Assembly: GCA_025359565.1 (NCBI GenBank)
Contig: JANYFY010000005.1
Location: forward strand, 19,746-43,745
Direction of reading: 5' to 3'
From: Gammaproteobacteria bacterium
GTDB taxonomy: Bacteria > Pseudomonadota > Gammaproteobacteria > Steroidobacterales > Steroidobacteraceae
Length of the DNA: 24,000 bases
The translations under genes were made by a program, and so were the position numbers. The notes under the pieces were generated by a model. It was given only the letters and a program-made list of their open reading frames with translations. It did no database searches and was not told the DNA's origin. This document shows positions 1 through 8,738 of the stretch, piece after piece; the first letter of the stretch is position 1; every line of letters starts with the position of its first letter.

Positions 1-1080
1 CACTTAGGGAATCTGCTGCAAATGGGCAATATTTCCGGCACGTATTTTGAGCAACCGGCCTGGGGAAAGGCCGGTCAATTTCAACAGGATGGCTATGCAG
101 TGGTCTCGGGCCAAGAAGATCCCAGAACTGGTCAGCTCGGTCACACCATTCATCACAACCTGCAAAAACCCATTCATCTCTCTCAAGACAGTTATTTTCT
201 CTACAGCCACGCATTTGATGAAACACACCGCCAAGGCGGCCTGACCGGCTACGCGCACTTGAACGCGCCTTGGTTTAATGTGGTCCGCGGATTGGCGCTG
301 GACGTGCCTTTGAGGGCAGTCGATTTTGTGGAGATACTACAAGCCGGCAAGCTGCTGACCGACGATTGGTACGATTTCCTAAACTTAGGCTTCAAGCTCA
401 TTCCTTCTGCAGGTTCCGATTTCCCGTACACGGATCTGCCAGGAGTTGTGCGCACCTATGTAAAAACGGCAGCGGATGGGAGTGCGGATGCTTGGTTCGC
501 GTCGTTTCGCCAAGGCCATGCCTATGTTACCAATGGCCCGTTCCTGAACTTTACGGTCAACGGACAGCAAATGGGCGAGGAACTTCACGTGGCTCGGGGT
601 GCCCCATTGGACATTCTCGCCAGCGCCCAGCTCAACCCGGATGTTGATACGCTGGATCGGCTGGAACTCGTGGTGCAGGGAGACGTAGTAGCGACTGAAA
701 CCGCACGCGGCCAAGACCATGTCCAATTGCATACTCATCTGACCACCGATCACAGCCTGTGGATTGCCGTGCGAGCCTACGGGGGTCGTCACGAAGAATG
801 GAATATGACGGTGGCGCATAGCACGCCGATATACGTGGTGGTGGGCGATCAGCCAACCTTAAAAAAACAAGGTCTCGCGCAACGCGTCGAGAAGGTGCGG
901 AAACATTTGCATGAAATACTCACCGCACCCCTGATACCCTCCGAAGATCTGGAAGCATTCGAAACTGAAAAAATAATGCTTGAACAATGGCCGAAACAAC
1001 GTCGCATGCTAGAGCCGCGCGTGCAAAAAGCGGACGCCGTGTACCAACAGATTTTGGATAAAGCGCTAGCTTCGCGCTAG
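1..1080 (+). CDS. Putative metal-dependent hydrolase (CehA/McbA- or PHP-like), C-terminal part; 5' end outside the window
   Basis: The frame is open from base 1 (HLGNLLQ precedes the first Met at 22) to TAG 1078-1080, so the ORF-track start is an edge artefact. Motifs GGLTGYAHLN, LIPSAGSDFPY and GHAYVTNGPF recall CehA/McbA-type metallohydrolases. The family call is from memory only. Confidence 0.5.
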   Translation, partial: HLGNLLQMGNISGTYFEQPAWGKAGQFQQDGYAVVSGQEDPRTGQLGHTIHHNLQKPIHLSQDSYFLYSHAFDETHRQGGLTGYAHLNAPWFNVVRGLALDVPLRAVDFVEILQAGKLLTDDWYDFLNLGFKLIPSAGSDFPYTDLPGVVRTYVKTAADGSADAWFASFRQGHAYVTNGPFLNFTVNGQQMGEELHVARGAPLDILASAQLNPDVDTLDRLELVVQGDVVATETARGQDHVQLHTHLTTDHSLWIAVRAYGGRHEEWNMTVAHSTPIYVVVGDQPTLKKQGLAQRVEKVRKHLHEILTAPLIPSEDLEAFETEKIMLEQWPKQRRMLEPRVQKADAVYQQILDKALASR

Positions 1081-1095
1081 GGCCAAGCGAGACCT

Positions 1096-2841
1096 ATGCA
1101 CAAGTCCTTCCCCAGCCTTTCCCGATTCCCCAGCCTTTCCCGACGAGAATTTATAAAATTCCCCGTGGCCGCATCCGCGATCGCGCTGCTGCAACCGCAA
1201 GCCTTCGCGCAAGCTCAGTCGGAGCTCGTGATTCGCAATGCCCGCATCTACACCGTAGACAAAGCGCGTCCTTGGGCAGAGGCAGTGGTGATCAAGGGTG
1301 ATCGAATCCTCTGGGTGGGCAGCGACCAGGAAGTGCCCCGAATTGCCTCAGCTAATGCCCGGACCATCGATGCCGGTGGGCGTCTGATTTTGCCGGGGTT
1401 CATTGACAGCCACAATCACATTGATTCCGGTTCCGACCCCGACGCGCTGCTCATCGGCGATAGCAAATCACTCGCGGAGATTCAGGAGAAGGTCAGAACA
1501 TTTTCCAAAGTACGACCTGATTTAAAGTGGATCATTGCGAACGGTTGGAATTACTCAATCTTTCCTCGCGGCACCCTACCCAGCAGCCGCGACCTCGACG
1601 GCCTGACCGGAGGCCGACCCGCTTTTCTGGTTGCCTACGACTCCCATACCATCTGGCTCAACCCAGAAGCCATTCGCGAATTGGGCATATCGAAAAGCAC
1701 CACCACAGCGGATGTACAAAAAGATCCCAAAACGGGTGAGCCGACCGGCATTCTTATCGGCCTTTCCAGCGGCATCTCTGAAGGCTGGCTCACGCATCTG
1801 CCGGTCCGAACCCGGCAGCAGGAGTACCAGAGTTTCATGACCAACCTTGCCATGGCAGCGGGGTTCGGTATTACCACGGTGATCGAGCCACAATGTACTT
1901 TGCAGCGCCTGCAAATGTATAACGACGCGCGTCGGCGTGGTGACATCCCTTTGCGCATGCAGGTGGCGCTCTACCACCGCCAGCACACACCCGCCGCAGA
2001 AATCGATCAGTACAACACTGCACGCCGAAAATTTCATAACGATGACACGCTGCGCATCTCAGCAGTGAAGCTCTACAGCGATGACGTCGTCGAGCCGCAC
2101 ACCGCAGCTATGCTGGCGCCCTACACCGATCGCCCCGACACTCAAGGAGCGACTCTTTGGACTCCGCAAGACATGAATCACATAGTCGCCAAAATCGACA
2201 AGCTAAAGTTTCAGTGCTTCATCCATGCGACGGGTGATCGAGGAATTCGTACCGCGCTCGATGCCTTCGAGCACGCGCGGCGCGTCAATGGTGTGCGCGA
2301 CAGCCGACATCAGATCGTTCACGTGGAATGCCTGTCTCCCCAAGATGTTTCGCGTTTTAGCGAATTGGGTGTGGTGGCTTGTATGCAGCCGCGGCATTGT
2401 GCTCCGGACATCACGGGCCAGTGGGCAGCAGCGGTGGGACCCGAGCGTTCGAAATTGGCATGGCCCTTCCGCAGTCTTTATAATTCTGGCGCCACACTAG
2501 CTTTTTCCAGCGACTGGGACGTGGCCGAAATGGATCCTCTGGTGGGCATTTATACTGCGCTGACTCGCAAGGGACTCGACGGAAGTCCCGAGAAAGGTTG
2601 GATTGCCGATCAAACCATTGATCTGGAAACGGCTATTCGCGCGTACACCCTCAACGGCGCTTATGCGAACTTTACAGAAGTGAACCGCGGTTCAATCACG
2701 CCTGGAAAATATGCCGATCTGATCGTGATGTCGGACGACCTATTCACAATGCCAGCCGATCACGTCAAAGATACGCATGTGCTTCTGACACTACTGGGGG
2801 GACGCGAAGTGCATCGCGCTCCAGATGCGAAATTTTTCTAA
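1096..2841 (+). CDS. Tat-exported amidohydrolase-family protein (Amidohydro_3 / YtcJ-like metal-dependent hydrolase)
   Basis: 581-aa ORF. It has the twin-arginine signal SRREFIKF followed by a hydrophobic stretch and AFAQA. The HxH metal motif is IDSHNHIDSG, with further His (CFIHATGD, HQIVHVE) and a C-terminal Asp motif (AFSSDWDV), typical of amidohydrolase TIM barrels. Confidence 0.85.
   Translation: MHKSFPSLSRFPSLSRREFIKFPVAASAIALLQPQAFAQAQSELVIRNARIYTVDKARPWAEAVVIKGDRILWVGSDQEVPRIASANARTIDAGGRLILPGFIDSHNHIDSGSDPDALLIGDSKSLAEIQEKVRTFSKVRPDLKWIIANGWNYSIFPRGTLPSSRDLDGLTGGRPAFLVAYDSHTIWLNPEAIRELGISKSTTTADVQKDPKTGEPTGILIGLSSGISEGWLTHLPVRTRQQEYQSFMTNLAMAAGFGITTVIEPQCTLQRLQMYNDARRRGDIPLRMQVALYHRQHTPAAEIDQYNTARRKFHNDDTLRISAVKLYSDDVVEPHTAAMLAPYTDRPDTQGATLWTPQDMNHIVAKIDKLKFQCFIHATGDRGIRTALDAFEHARRVNGVRDSRHQIVHVECLSPQDVSRFSELGVVACMQPRHCAPDITGQWAAAVGPERSKLAWPFRSLYNSGATLAFSSDWDVAEMDPLVGIYTALTRKGLDGSPEKGWIADQTIDLETAIRAYTLNGAYANFTEVNRGSITPGKYADLIVMSDDLFTMPADHVKDTHVLLTLLGGREVHRAPDAKFF
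1108..1143 (+). repeat. Perfect 18-bp tandem duplication (2 x TTCCCCAGCCTTTCCCGA) inside the signal-peptide coding region
   Basis: Units at 1108-1125 and 1126-1143 are identical. Together they encode FPSLSR-FPSLSR directly ahead of the RR motif. Confidence 0.95.
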
Positions 2842-2939
2842 CGCGTAAGGAACGGCCACAATAAAACCGTTGATGTTGTGACTCCACTGTTTCGCAGGTC
2901 GATTCGTTGGTTGCTTGCGACGAGGCGCCGCGAATGTTA

Positions 2940-5273
2940 TTAGTAATGACGCCAAGCGACGGAAATACCCATGGTGCGAGGTCGATTGGTAAAAATTCGC
3001 GAGCGTGTGGACGAGTCATAGTTGTCGGAGGTAAATCGGGACAAGGCGGCCTGATTTTTCATTACATTGTTGACGAACAAATTGGCTTCCCACTGCTCGT
3101 GGACTATTCCAACTCGTAGGTCGAGTAAGGTGTAGGCCCGCTGGAAAGTCGCAGGATCTGTACGCTCGAAGTCGGGATAGGATTGAGACACATAGTGAGC
3201 ATCAGCCCGCAAAAATCCGTGGTAACGGGGCGCGAGATCGAAGGTATATTTTGCCATTGCATTACCATTCCAGCGCGGGACATTCTCGAGTTGTTGTCCC
3301 TTAATACCATTGAGCGAAGGCGCGTCTACCGCTAACACCGCCTTAGTGTAACCCGCACCCGCACCGAGTTGAATGTGCTCATTTACCTTGCTCTCTATTT
3401 CAAGCTCGGCACCGTGCACCACGGCCTTACCGGCATTCTCGGTGATTTGGTACGAGCACGGCAGGGTGCGACCTTGCTGGATTTCATTCCAATGAATGTA
3501 ATACGCAGCAGCATTGACAGTCATCGCACCACCGAACCAACCGCTCTTGGCGCCGGCCTCGTAACTCCACAGGCTGTCCGGTCCATACGGACCATAGTCT
3601 TGGCCGCACCCCTTCTGCGCCAAGTTGCTGGTGTTAACGCCGCCGGGGCGCACGCCGCGCGACACCGCGGTGTAGTAGAGCTGATCTTGGGTCGCCTGAT
3701 AAGAAATCTCGGCCTTAGGATTGTAGCCAACATCCTTCGCCGATCCTGCCGACACGCTGGGACCCCCATTACTGAGCCCGCCCTCATTGCGTACGGTTGT
3801 GTACTGAAGTTCATACCAACGAAGGCCGGCGGTTGCTCGCAACTTGTCGGTCAGCTGGTAATTCAATTCGGTGAATACTGCGGATTGCTTCGGGGAGTAA
3901 TCGCCCTGCTGAGAATAATTCGTATTGTCTAATGGACCCGGTCCGAACAAAGCGATCGACGTGGGTGAGTTGCGAAACAGCGCGTCATAGTTCGGAATGA
4001 CGTAGTTAACGGAGTAGTGGCGATTGCTATTGTTAAAGTAAGCACCTAACACGCCGCTTAAAGGGGATCCCGATGGCGAAAATGCGAATCTTAATTCTTG
4101 GCTGAATTCGCGCGTGGTGACCGTAGGGGCGTAAGCGTTTGCCACGAATTGTCCCTGTGGAATGTTGACTTCCAGCGCTTCAGTCTCATCGTCGGGGGTT
4201 GTTTCCTGGCGGCGCATGTACGAAGTAGTCGACAGTAGAGTGCCAAAGCCGAGATTGTAGTTCACGGTTAGATTGCTAAGCACGAAGCGATCGGTGTAGG
4301 CTTCGGACACATTAAAAGGGCGACGCTGCAACAGCGGGCCGCCCGATTGCCCGGTCGGTACATCGTAGTTACTGGGGGCTCCCGCTCGCAGATCCTGAAT
4401 CCAAACAGATGGCGTGAAGGTCAATGCTTCAGTCACGGCAATTTTCAAGATCGTCCGCAGACTGTAGCGTTTTTCGGTGTTGACGTTGCGAATCACCGCA
4501 CTCGGTAGGGATGGCGAGATGGGGTACGTGGGATCGCCTGGCGCTGTCGCCGGGTTGGGCGCCCAGACACCAATTTGGCGATCAATGAATCCGCTGTAAT
4601 CCTTGTAGGTTGCCACCACCCGTAACGCCGCGCGTTCTGCAATCAGTGGGACATTCAGCATGCCGTCAAAGCGAAAATTACCACCGCCATGATTGGTATC
4701 AGAGCCCTCGGTTTTTATTGCAGCCTCGATTTTAGACAGATTCGGCTGGTTAGTAATCAATCGTACCGTTCCACCCATGGAACTTGCGCCATACAGAGTG
4801 CCTTGTGGTCCGCGCAGGACTTCGATACGAGCCAAGTCGAACAGATCGACATCTATGCTGGCGTTAGCCCCATCACCCCCCGACGGTAGGATCGGTGTTT
4901 CATCAACGTACAGGCCGGTAGTCGGCGCGTTGCCGCCAATCGAGGCGATACCGCGAATCGAATAGCTACTACGCCCGGGACCTGCGGAGTTCAGCGTCAC
5001 TCCCGGGATGCGTGCGGCTAAGGAGGAGAAATCCTGTACGCCAGTCTCAGCAAGCGCCGCGGAGGTAAATGCCACGACACTTAAGGGTACCTTTTGTAGG
5101 CTCTCGCTGCGTTTTTCTGCCGTCACCACGATATCCTCCAGCGCATACGGAGTAGCGGCAGTCGAAACGGGCGTCACTTGTTGAGCGAGCACCCATGAGC
5201 TGGTAAAAAATAACGCGAGTGACGAAGCTACGACGCATTTGCTGGGGTTTCGGGTACTTAGCCTCATCTGCAC
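2940..5273 (-). CDS. TonB-dependent outer-membrane receptor
   Basis: 777 aa with a signal peptide (…FFTSSWVLAQQ). The plug motif is DIVVTAEKRSESLQKVPLSVVAF, followed by RGPQGTLYGASSMGG. A long beta-barrel region follows, with an aromatic C-terminus (…GISVAWRHY). Confidence 0.9.
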   Translation of the reverse strand: MQMRLSTRNPSKCVVASSLALFFTSSWVLAQQVTPVSTAATPYALEDIVVTAEKRSESLQKVPLSVVAFTSAALAETGVQDFSSLAARIPGVTLNSAGPGRSSYSIRGIASIGGNAPTTGLYVDETPILPSGGDGANASIDVDLFDLARIEVLRGPQGTLYGASSMGGTVRLITNQPNLSKIEAAIKTEGSDTNHGGGNFRFDGMLNVPLIAERAALRVVATYKDYSGFIDRQIGVWAPNPATAPGDPTYPISPSLPSAVIRNVNTEKRYSLRTILKIAVTEALTFTPSVWIQDLRAGAPSNYDVPTGQSGGPLLQRRPFNVSEAYTDRFVLSNLTVNYNLGFGTLLSTTSYMRRQETTPDDETEALEVNIPQGQFVANAYAPTVTTREFSQELRFAFSPSGSPLSGVLGAYFNNSNRHYSVNYVIPNYDALFRNSPTSIALFGPGPLDNTNYSQQGDYSPKQSAVFTELNYQLTDKLRATAGLRWYELQYTTVRNEGGLSNGGPSVSAGSAKDVGYNPKAEISYQATQDQLYYTAVSRGVRPGGVNTSNLAQKGCGQDYGPYGPDSLWSYEAGAKSGWFGGAMTVNAAAYYIHWNEIQQGRTLPCSYQITENAGKAVVHGAELEIESKVNEHIQLGAGAGYTKAVLAVDAPSLNGIKGQQLENVPRWNGNAMAKYTFDLAPRYHGFLRADAHYVSQSYPDFERTDPATFQRAYTLLDLRVGIVHEQWEANLFVNNVMKNQAALSRFTSDNYDSSTRSRIFTNRPRTMGISVAWRHY

Positions 5274-5378
5274 GACCTCGCCAGGAACTAGTTGTTTGGG
5301 TGAATATAATGAATATAGGGGCGCAGCGCCAGCGATGAGTAATGCGCCCTACAACGCGCGAGGTGCGCGCGATCGCTG

Positions 5379-6431
5379 CTAGGCGCCGCGTTCCAACCCA
5401 CGTATTGCGTCCAGCAACTCAAGCACCTCGAGTCGTTGGGTAACGTAGGACGTGACTAAGCGGATGGCAACATTGCGCGTCGCGCACAGCGGCCATCGAT
5501 AAAAACCAAATCCCCGCGTTTCCAAGGCGCTCACCCAGGCCTCCGGCATAGACACGAATAATTCGTTGGCATCGACCGCCTGCAAAAGCACCACTTGACT
5601 GATTTGCTGCAACCCGTCCGCCAAAGCTGTAGCCATAGCATTCGCGTGCGCAGCATTGCGCAACCATAAACCCTCATCCAAGTAGGCCAGCAATTGCGCG
5701 CTGACGAACCGCATCTTGGACCATAAATGACCCGCGCGCTTGCGGCGTCGATCAAAATCAAACGCGCGCTGCGCATCGAAAAAAATAACTGCTTCAGCAC
5801 ACAGGGCGCCATTCTTGGTGGCGCCCAAGGACAACACATCAATACCGTTTTTCCAGGTCGCTTCAGCCGGCGTGCACCCTAAATGCACCAAGGCATTGGC
5901 AAACCGGGCACCATCCATATGCATCGGTAGCCCATGTCTTACCGCCACCGCGCCAATCGCCGCGACCTCATCCAATTGATACACAGTGCCCCACTCGGTG
6001 GCCTGCGAAAGGCTTACCGCCGCCGGCTTGACGTGATGCACACCCATGTCCTCGGCGAACGCGACGGCACTCGATATTTGTTCCGGCCTAATCTTACCGT
6101 CGGTAGTTGGCAGTCCGATGAGTTTGGCGCCACCGGTGAAAAACTCCGGCGCGCCACCTTCGTCGGTCATAATGTGCGCCGCTGCGTCGCAGTACACTGT
6201 GCCGTAGGGTGGCGCAATTTGCGACAGCGCCAAGGCATTGGCCGCAGTACCGGTTGTGACCGGAAATATCGCCACCTGGCGTTCGAATACTTTGCTTGCC
6301 ACCGAGGCCAGCGACTCGCTCAATGCATCGCCGCCATAGGACGGCATCGAGCCCTGGTTGGCCGCATTAATCGCTGTCATGATGTCGCCACACACCGGCG
6401 TGACATTGTCGCTTTTAAAATTTCCGCTCAC
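5379..6431 (-). CDS. ltaE: Low-specificity L-threonine aldolase (beta-eliminating lyase / PLP fold type I)
   Basis: 350 aa with a GTG start. The N-terminus FKSDNVTP…YGGD, then FPVTTGTAANALAL, HMDGARFANAL and the PLP-lysine context SLGATKNG are colinear with LtaE-type threonine aldolases. Confidence 0.75.
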   Translation of the reverse strand: MSGNFKSDNVTPVCGDIMTAINAANQGSMPSYGGDALSESLASVASKVFERQVAIFPVTTGTAANALALSQIAPPYGTVYCDAAAHIMTDEGGAPEFFTGGAKLIGLPTTDGKIRPEQISSAVAFAEDMGVHHVKPAAVSLSQATEWGTVYQLDEVAAIGAVAVRHGLPMHMDGARFANALVHLGCTPAEATWKNGIDVLSLGATKNGALCAEAVIFFDAQRAFDFDRRRKRAGHLWSKMRFVSAQLLAYLDEGLWLRNAAHANAMATALADGLQQISQVVLLQAVDANELFVSMPEAWVSALETRGFGFYRWPLCATRNVAIRLVTSYVTQRLEVLELLDAIRGLERGA

Positions 6432-6507
6432 AGTGACTCACACATGTGCAGAGTGTATAAGATGATCGAGCCCCTGTGACAGTGATGTGCTAAGTTATTT
6501 GCACATC

Positions 6508-7224
6508 ATGAAGAAGAAAATTCTGATCGTTGAAGATGAGCCCGCGATTGCCGATACCTTAGAGTATGTGCTGCGGACAGAAGGGTTTGAGACTGTTTGC
6601 GTAACACTGGCCCAACAAGCATTGCGAACGCTCGCCGCCGAGGATATCGCGCTGGTCATTCTCGACATTGGCCTACCCGACCAAAGCGGGTTTGATGTAT
6701 GTCGCGAGCTGCGGCGCACCTCGGACATTCCCGTTATATTCCTGACGGCCCGCTCGGAAGAAGTCGACCGCATCGTGGGCCTCGAACTCGGCGCCGACGA
6801 TTACGTCGCCAAACCATTCAGCCCTAGAGAGGTAGCTTCGCGCGTTCGCGCTATTCTACGCCGCACGACGCCGCTTTCACCGCGATCGGCCACTGCTCCA
6901 CCAGTGGCAATATCGACCACAGCGCCCGGCGCGCAATCGCTATTTGAGATTGACGCCGCCGGGAATCGAATTTCATATGCCGGAATCAGGTTAACTCTGA
7001 CTCGCTACGAATACGGCTTGCTTGGCGCTCTGCTACAACGCCCCGGACGCGTACTCAGCCGATCACAACTAATGGAAATAGTTTGGCACGACGCCGAGGA
7101 CAGTTTGGATCGCACCGTGGACGCGCACATCAAGACCTTACGCGCCAAGCTACGCGCAATACAGGGCGACCCCATCGAAACTCACCGTGGCCTTGGCTAC
7201 AGTATCCGCGATAAAACGCCGTGA
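6508..7224 (+). CDS. creB: Two-component response regulator CreB (OmpR family)
   Basis: Receiver domain MKKKILIVEDEP…LDIGLPD…KPF, plus a winged-helix output (RTVDAHIKTLRAKL…HRGLGYSI). It sits immediately upstream of creC and creD. I prefer ATG 6508 (MKKKILIVEDE) over the ORF-track GTG at 6487. Confidence 0.85.
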   Translation: MKKKILIVEDEPAIADTLEYVLRTEGFETVCVTLAQQALRTLAAEDIALVILDIGLPDQSGFDVCRELRRTSDIPVIFLTARSEEVDRIVGLELGADDYVAKPFSPREVASRVRAILRRTTPLSPRSATAPPVAISTTAPGAQSLFEIDAAGNRISYAGIRLTLTRYEYGLLGALLQRPGRVLSRSQLMEIVWHDAEDSLDRTVDAHIKTLRAKLRAIQGDPIETHRGLGYSIRDKTP

Positions 7225-8654
7225 ACATTGCAATTCGGCTTTTCTTAGGTTTTTTTCTAATCGTCGGGCTAGCGGCGTGGTTCATTTTAAATATTGCATT
7301 GGGAGAAATCGAACCGGGTGTTAGGCAGGCCGCAGAGGACACAATGGTTGACATGGCCAATCTTTTAGCCGAGCAGGTCGACGATGTGACGGCCGGTGAT
7401 GTTGCGCATGGACGATTTTCAAAAGCGGTGCAATCTGCTCTGCAACGCTCACCGCGCGCATCTATCTACGGCGTCGACAAAGAAGAACTCGATCTTCGTA
7501 TTTACATGACCGATGCAAGTGGAATTGTTGTCTATGATTCCGAAGATATCGCGGTAGGTGCTGATTACAGTCATTGGCGCGATGTCGAGCGCGTTCTGCA
7601 CGGTGAGTACGGGGCGCGTAGCACCCGCGAAGACCCAACCGACCCTGGGTCTTCCTTCATGTACGTCGCAGCGCCGGTAATGCGCACCGGTAGGCTTGTC
7701 GGTGTCATTACGGTCGCCAAACCGATGGCAAGTCTTACACCCTATACAAAACAAGCACAGCTCAAGGTGCAACGCGCCGGCATTGCTCTGCTGACGGTGT
7801 CTACGCTCATCGGCCTGCTGTTCACCGGGTGGCTTACTTGGTCGCTTAATCGCCTGCGCGACTATGCCAGAGCGATCGCCGAGGGACACAAGGCAACCGC
7901 ACCCACGACGGGTGGTCGGCAACTGTCCGAATTAGCAAAGGCACTGGCGCTCATGCGCGATCGACTGGACGGCAAACAATACGTCGAGAATTACGTGCAA
8001 AGCCTCACCCACGAGATCAAAAGTCCTTTGACAGCCGTGCGCGCAGCAGCCGAATTGTTGCACGAGAATCCCAACGCCGAGGATCGGCAGCGTTTTATCC
8101 ACAATATCAGCGAGCAAACCGAGCGAATGCAACAAATTGTCGAGCGCTTATTATTGCTCGCGCGCATCGAACAACTGCAACTGCCTGAGGAGGCCAGCGA
8201 TGTCGCGCTCGTCGATTTGGTGCGCACCAGTCTGACCAACTACGGCAGTCGGCTCGCCGAGCGCCGCCTTACGCCGCATATCGATTGCCAGGACAATAGT
8301 AGAGTCGTAGGCGATTCGTTTCTTCTGCAACAGGCCGTCGACAACCTGATCGATAATGCTATTGATTTCTCTCCTGACGGATCGCCAATCGTGATCGCAT
8401 TAACAACCGATGATAAAAATAGTACGCTCTCCGTGCGCGACTGCGGCCCTGGAGCACCCGCTTTTGCCGTCGCCCATATCTTTGAGCGTTTCTATTCGCT
8501 GGCGCGCCCACTTACCGGCAAGAAAGGTACCGGGCTTGGACTTGCGTTCGTGCGCGAGGTGGCCAAAATTCATGGCGGTACGGTGACTTTTAATAACGTC
8601 GCCAGTGGTGGTGCCTTGGTACAAATGACGGTCTCGCGCAACGCGACTCGTTGA
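7221..8654 (+). CDS. creC: Sensor histidine kinase CreC
   Basis: GTG start overlapping the creB stop (GTGA). It has two TM segments flanking a periplasmic domain. The H-box is THEIKSPLTAV, the N-box is DNLIDNAIDFSP and the G-box is GTGLGLAFV. Synteny is creB-creC-creD. Confidence 0.85.
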   Translation: MNIAIRLFLGFFLIVGLAAWFILNIALGEIEPGVRQAAEDTMVDMANLLAEQVDDVTAGDVAHGRFSKAVQSALQRSPRASIYGVDKEELDLRIYMTDASGIVVYDSEDIAVGADYSHWRDVERVLHGEYGARSTREDPTDPGSSFMYVAAPVMRTGRLVGVITVAKPMASLTPYTKQAQLKVQRAGIALLTVSTLIGLLFTGWLTWSLNRLRDYARAIAEGHKATAPTTGGRQLSELAKALALMRDRLDGKQYVENYVQSLTHEIKSPLTAVRAAAELLHENPNAEDRQRFIHNISEQTERMQQIVERLLLLARIEQLQLPEEASDVALVDLVRTSLTNYGSRLAERRLTPHIDCQDNSRVVGDSFLLQQAVDNLIDNAIDFSPDGSPIVIALTTDDKNSTLSVRDCGPGAPAFAVAHIFERFYSLARPLTGKKGTGLGLAFVREVAKIHGGTVTFNNVASGGALVQMTVSRNATR

Positions 8655-8693
8655 CTTCACAGGGGCTTCATCCGGCCTTCATCGGCACTTCAT
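8655..8693 (+). promoter_or_regulatory. Array of four phased cre-tag-like repeats (CTTCAC/CTTCAT every 11 bp) upstream of creD
   Basis: CTTCA(C/T) begins at 8655, 8666, 8677 and 8688, an exact 11-bp period. The published CreB site (cre tag) is TTCACnnnnnnTTCAC, which has the same period. The array starts 1 bp after the creC stop and ends 46 bp before the creD start. Confidence 0.55.
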
Positions 8694-8738
8694 CGAGTCC
8701 CGCTAGGCTTTGCCCTGGATCAAACATCGGAGTTCGTC

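Noticed and set aside
385-819. Antisense or alternate-frame ORFs across the window (e.g. 385-819, 1576-2037, 3369-3932, 5531-5842, 7449-7922, 13400-13927, 18405-18737, 20314-20670, 20918-21433, 22476-23123)
   Set aside because: These lie inside or opposite well-supported genes or IS fragments, are Arg/Ser/Pro/Cys-rich as expected of GC-rich shadow frames, and lack SD sequences and motifs.
5301-5349. Tandem 9-mer TGAATATAA/TGAATATAG upstream of the TonB-dependent receptor, and a GGGCGCA…TGCGCCC stem after the threonine aldolase gene
   Set aside because: The 9-mers do not match a Fur box or any operator I know. The stem has a 17-nt loop and no U-tract, so it is not a convincing intrinsic terminator.
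6487-6507. GTG start at 6487 for creB, and the 7-bp inverted repeat GATGTGC-N10-GCACATC at 6484-6507
   Set aside because: Response-regulator receivers start at MKKKILIVEDE (ATG 6508). The inverted repeat is real but short, and I cannot assign it a function.
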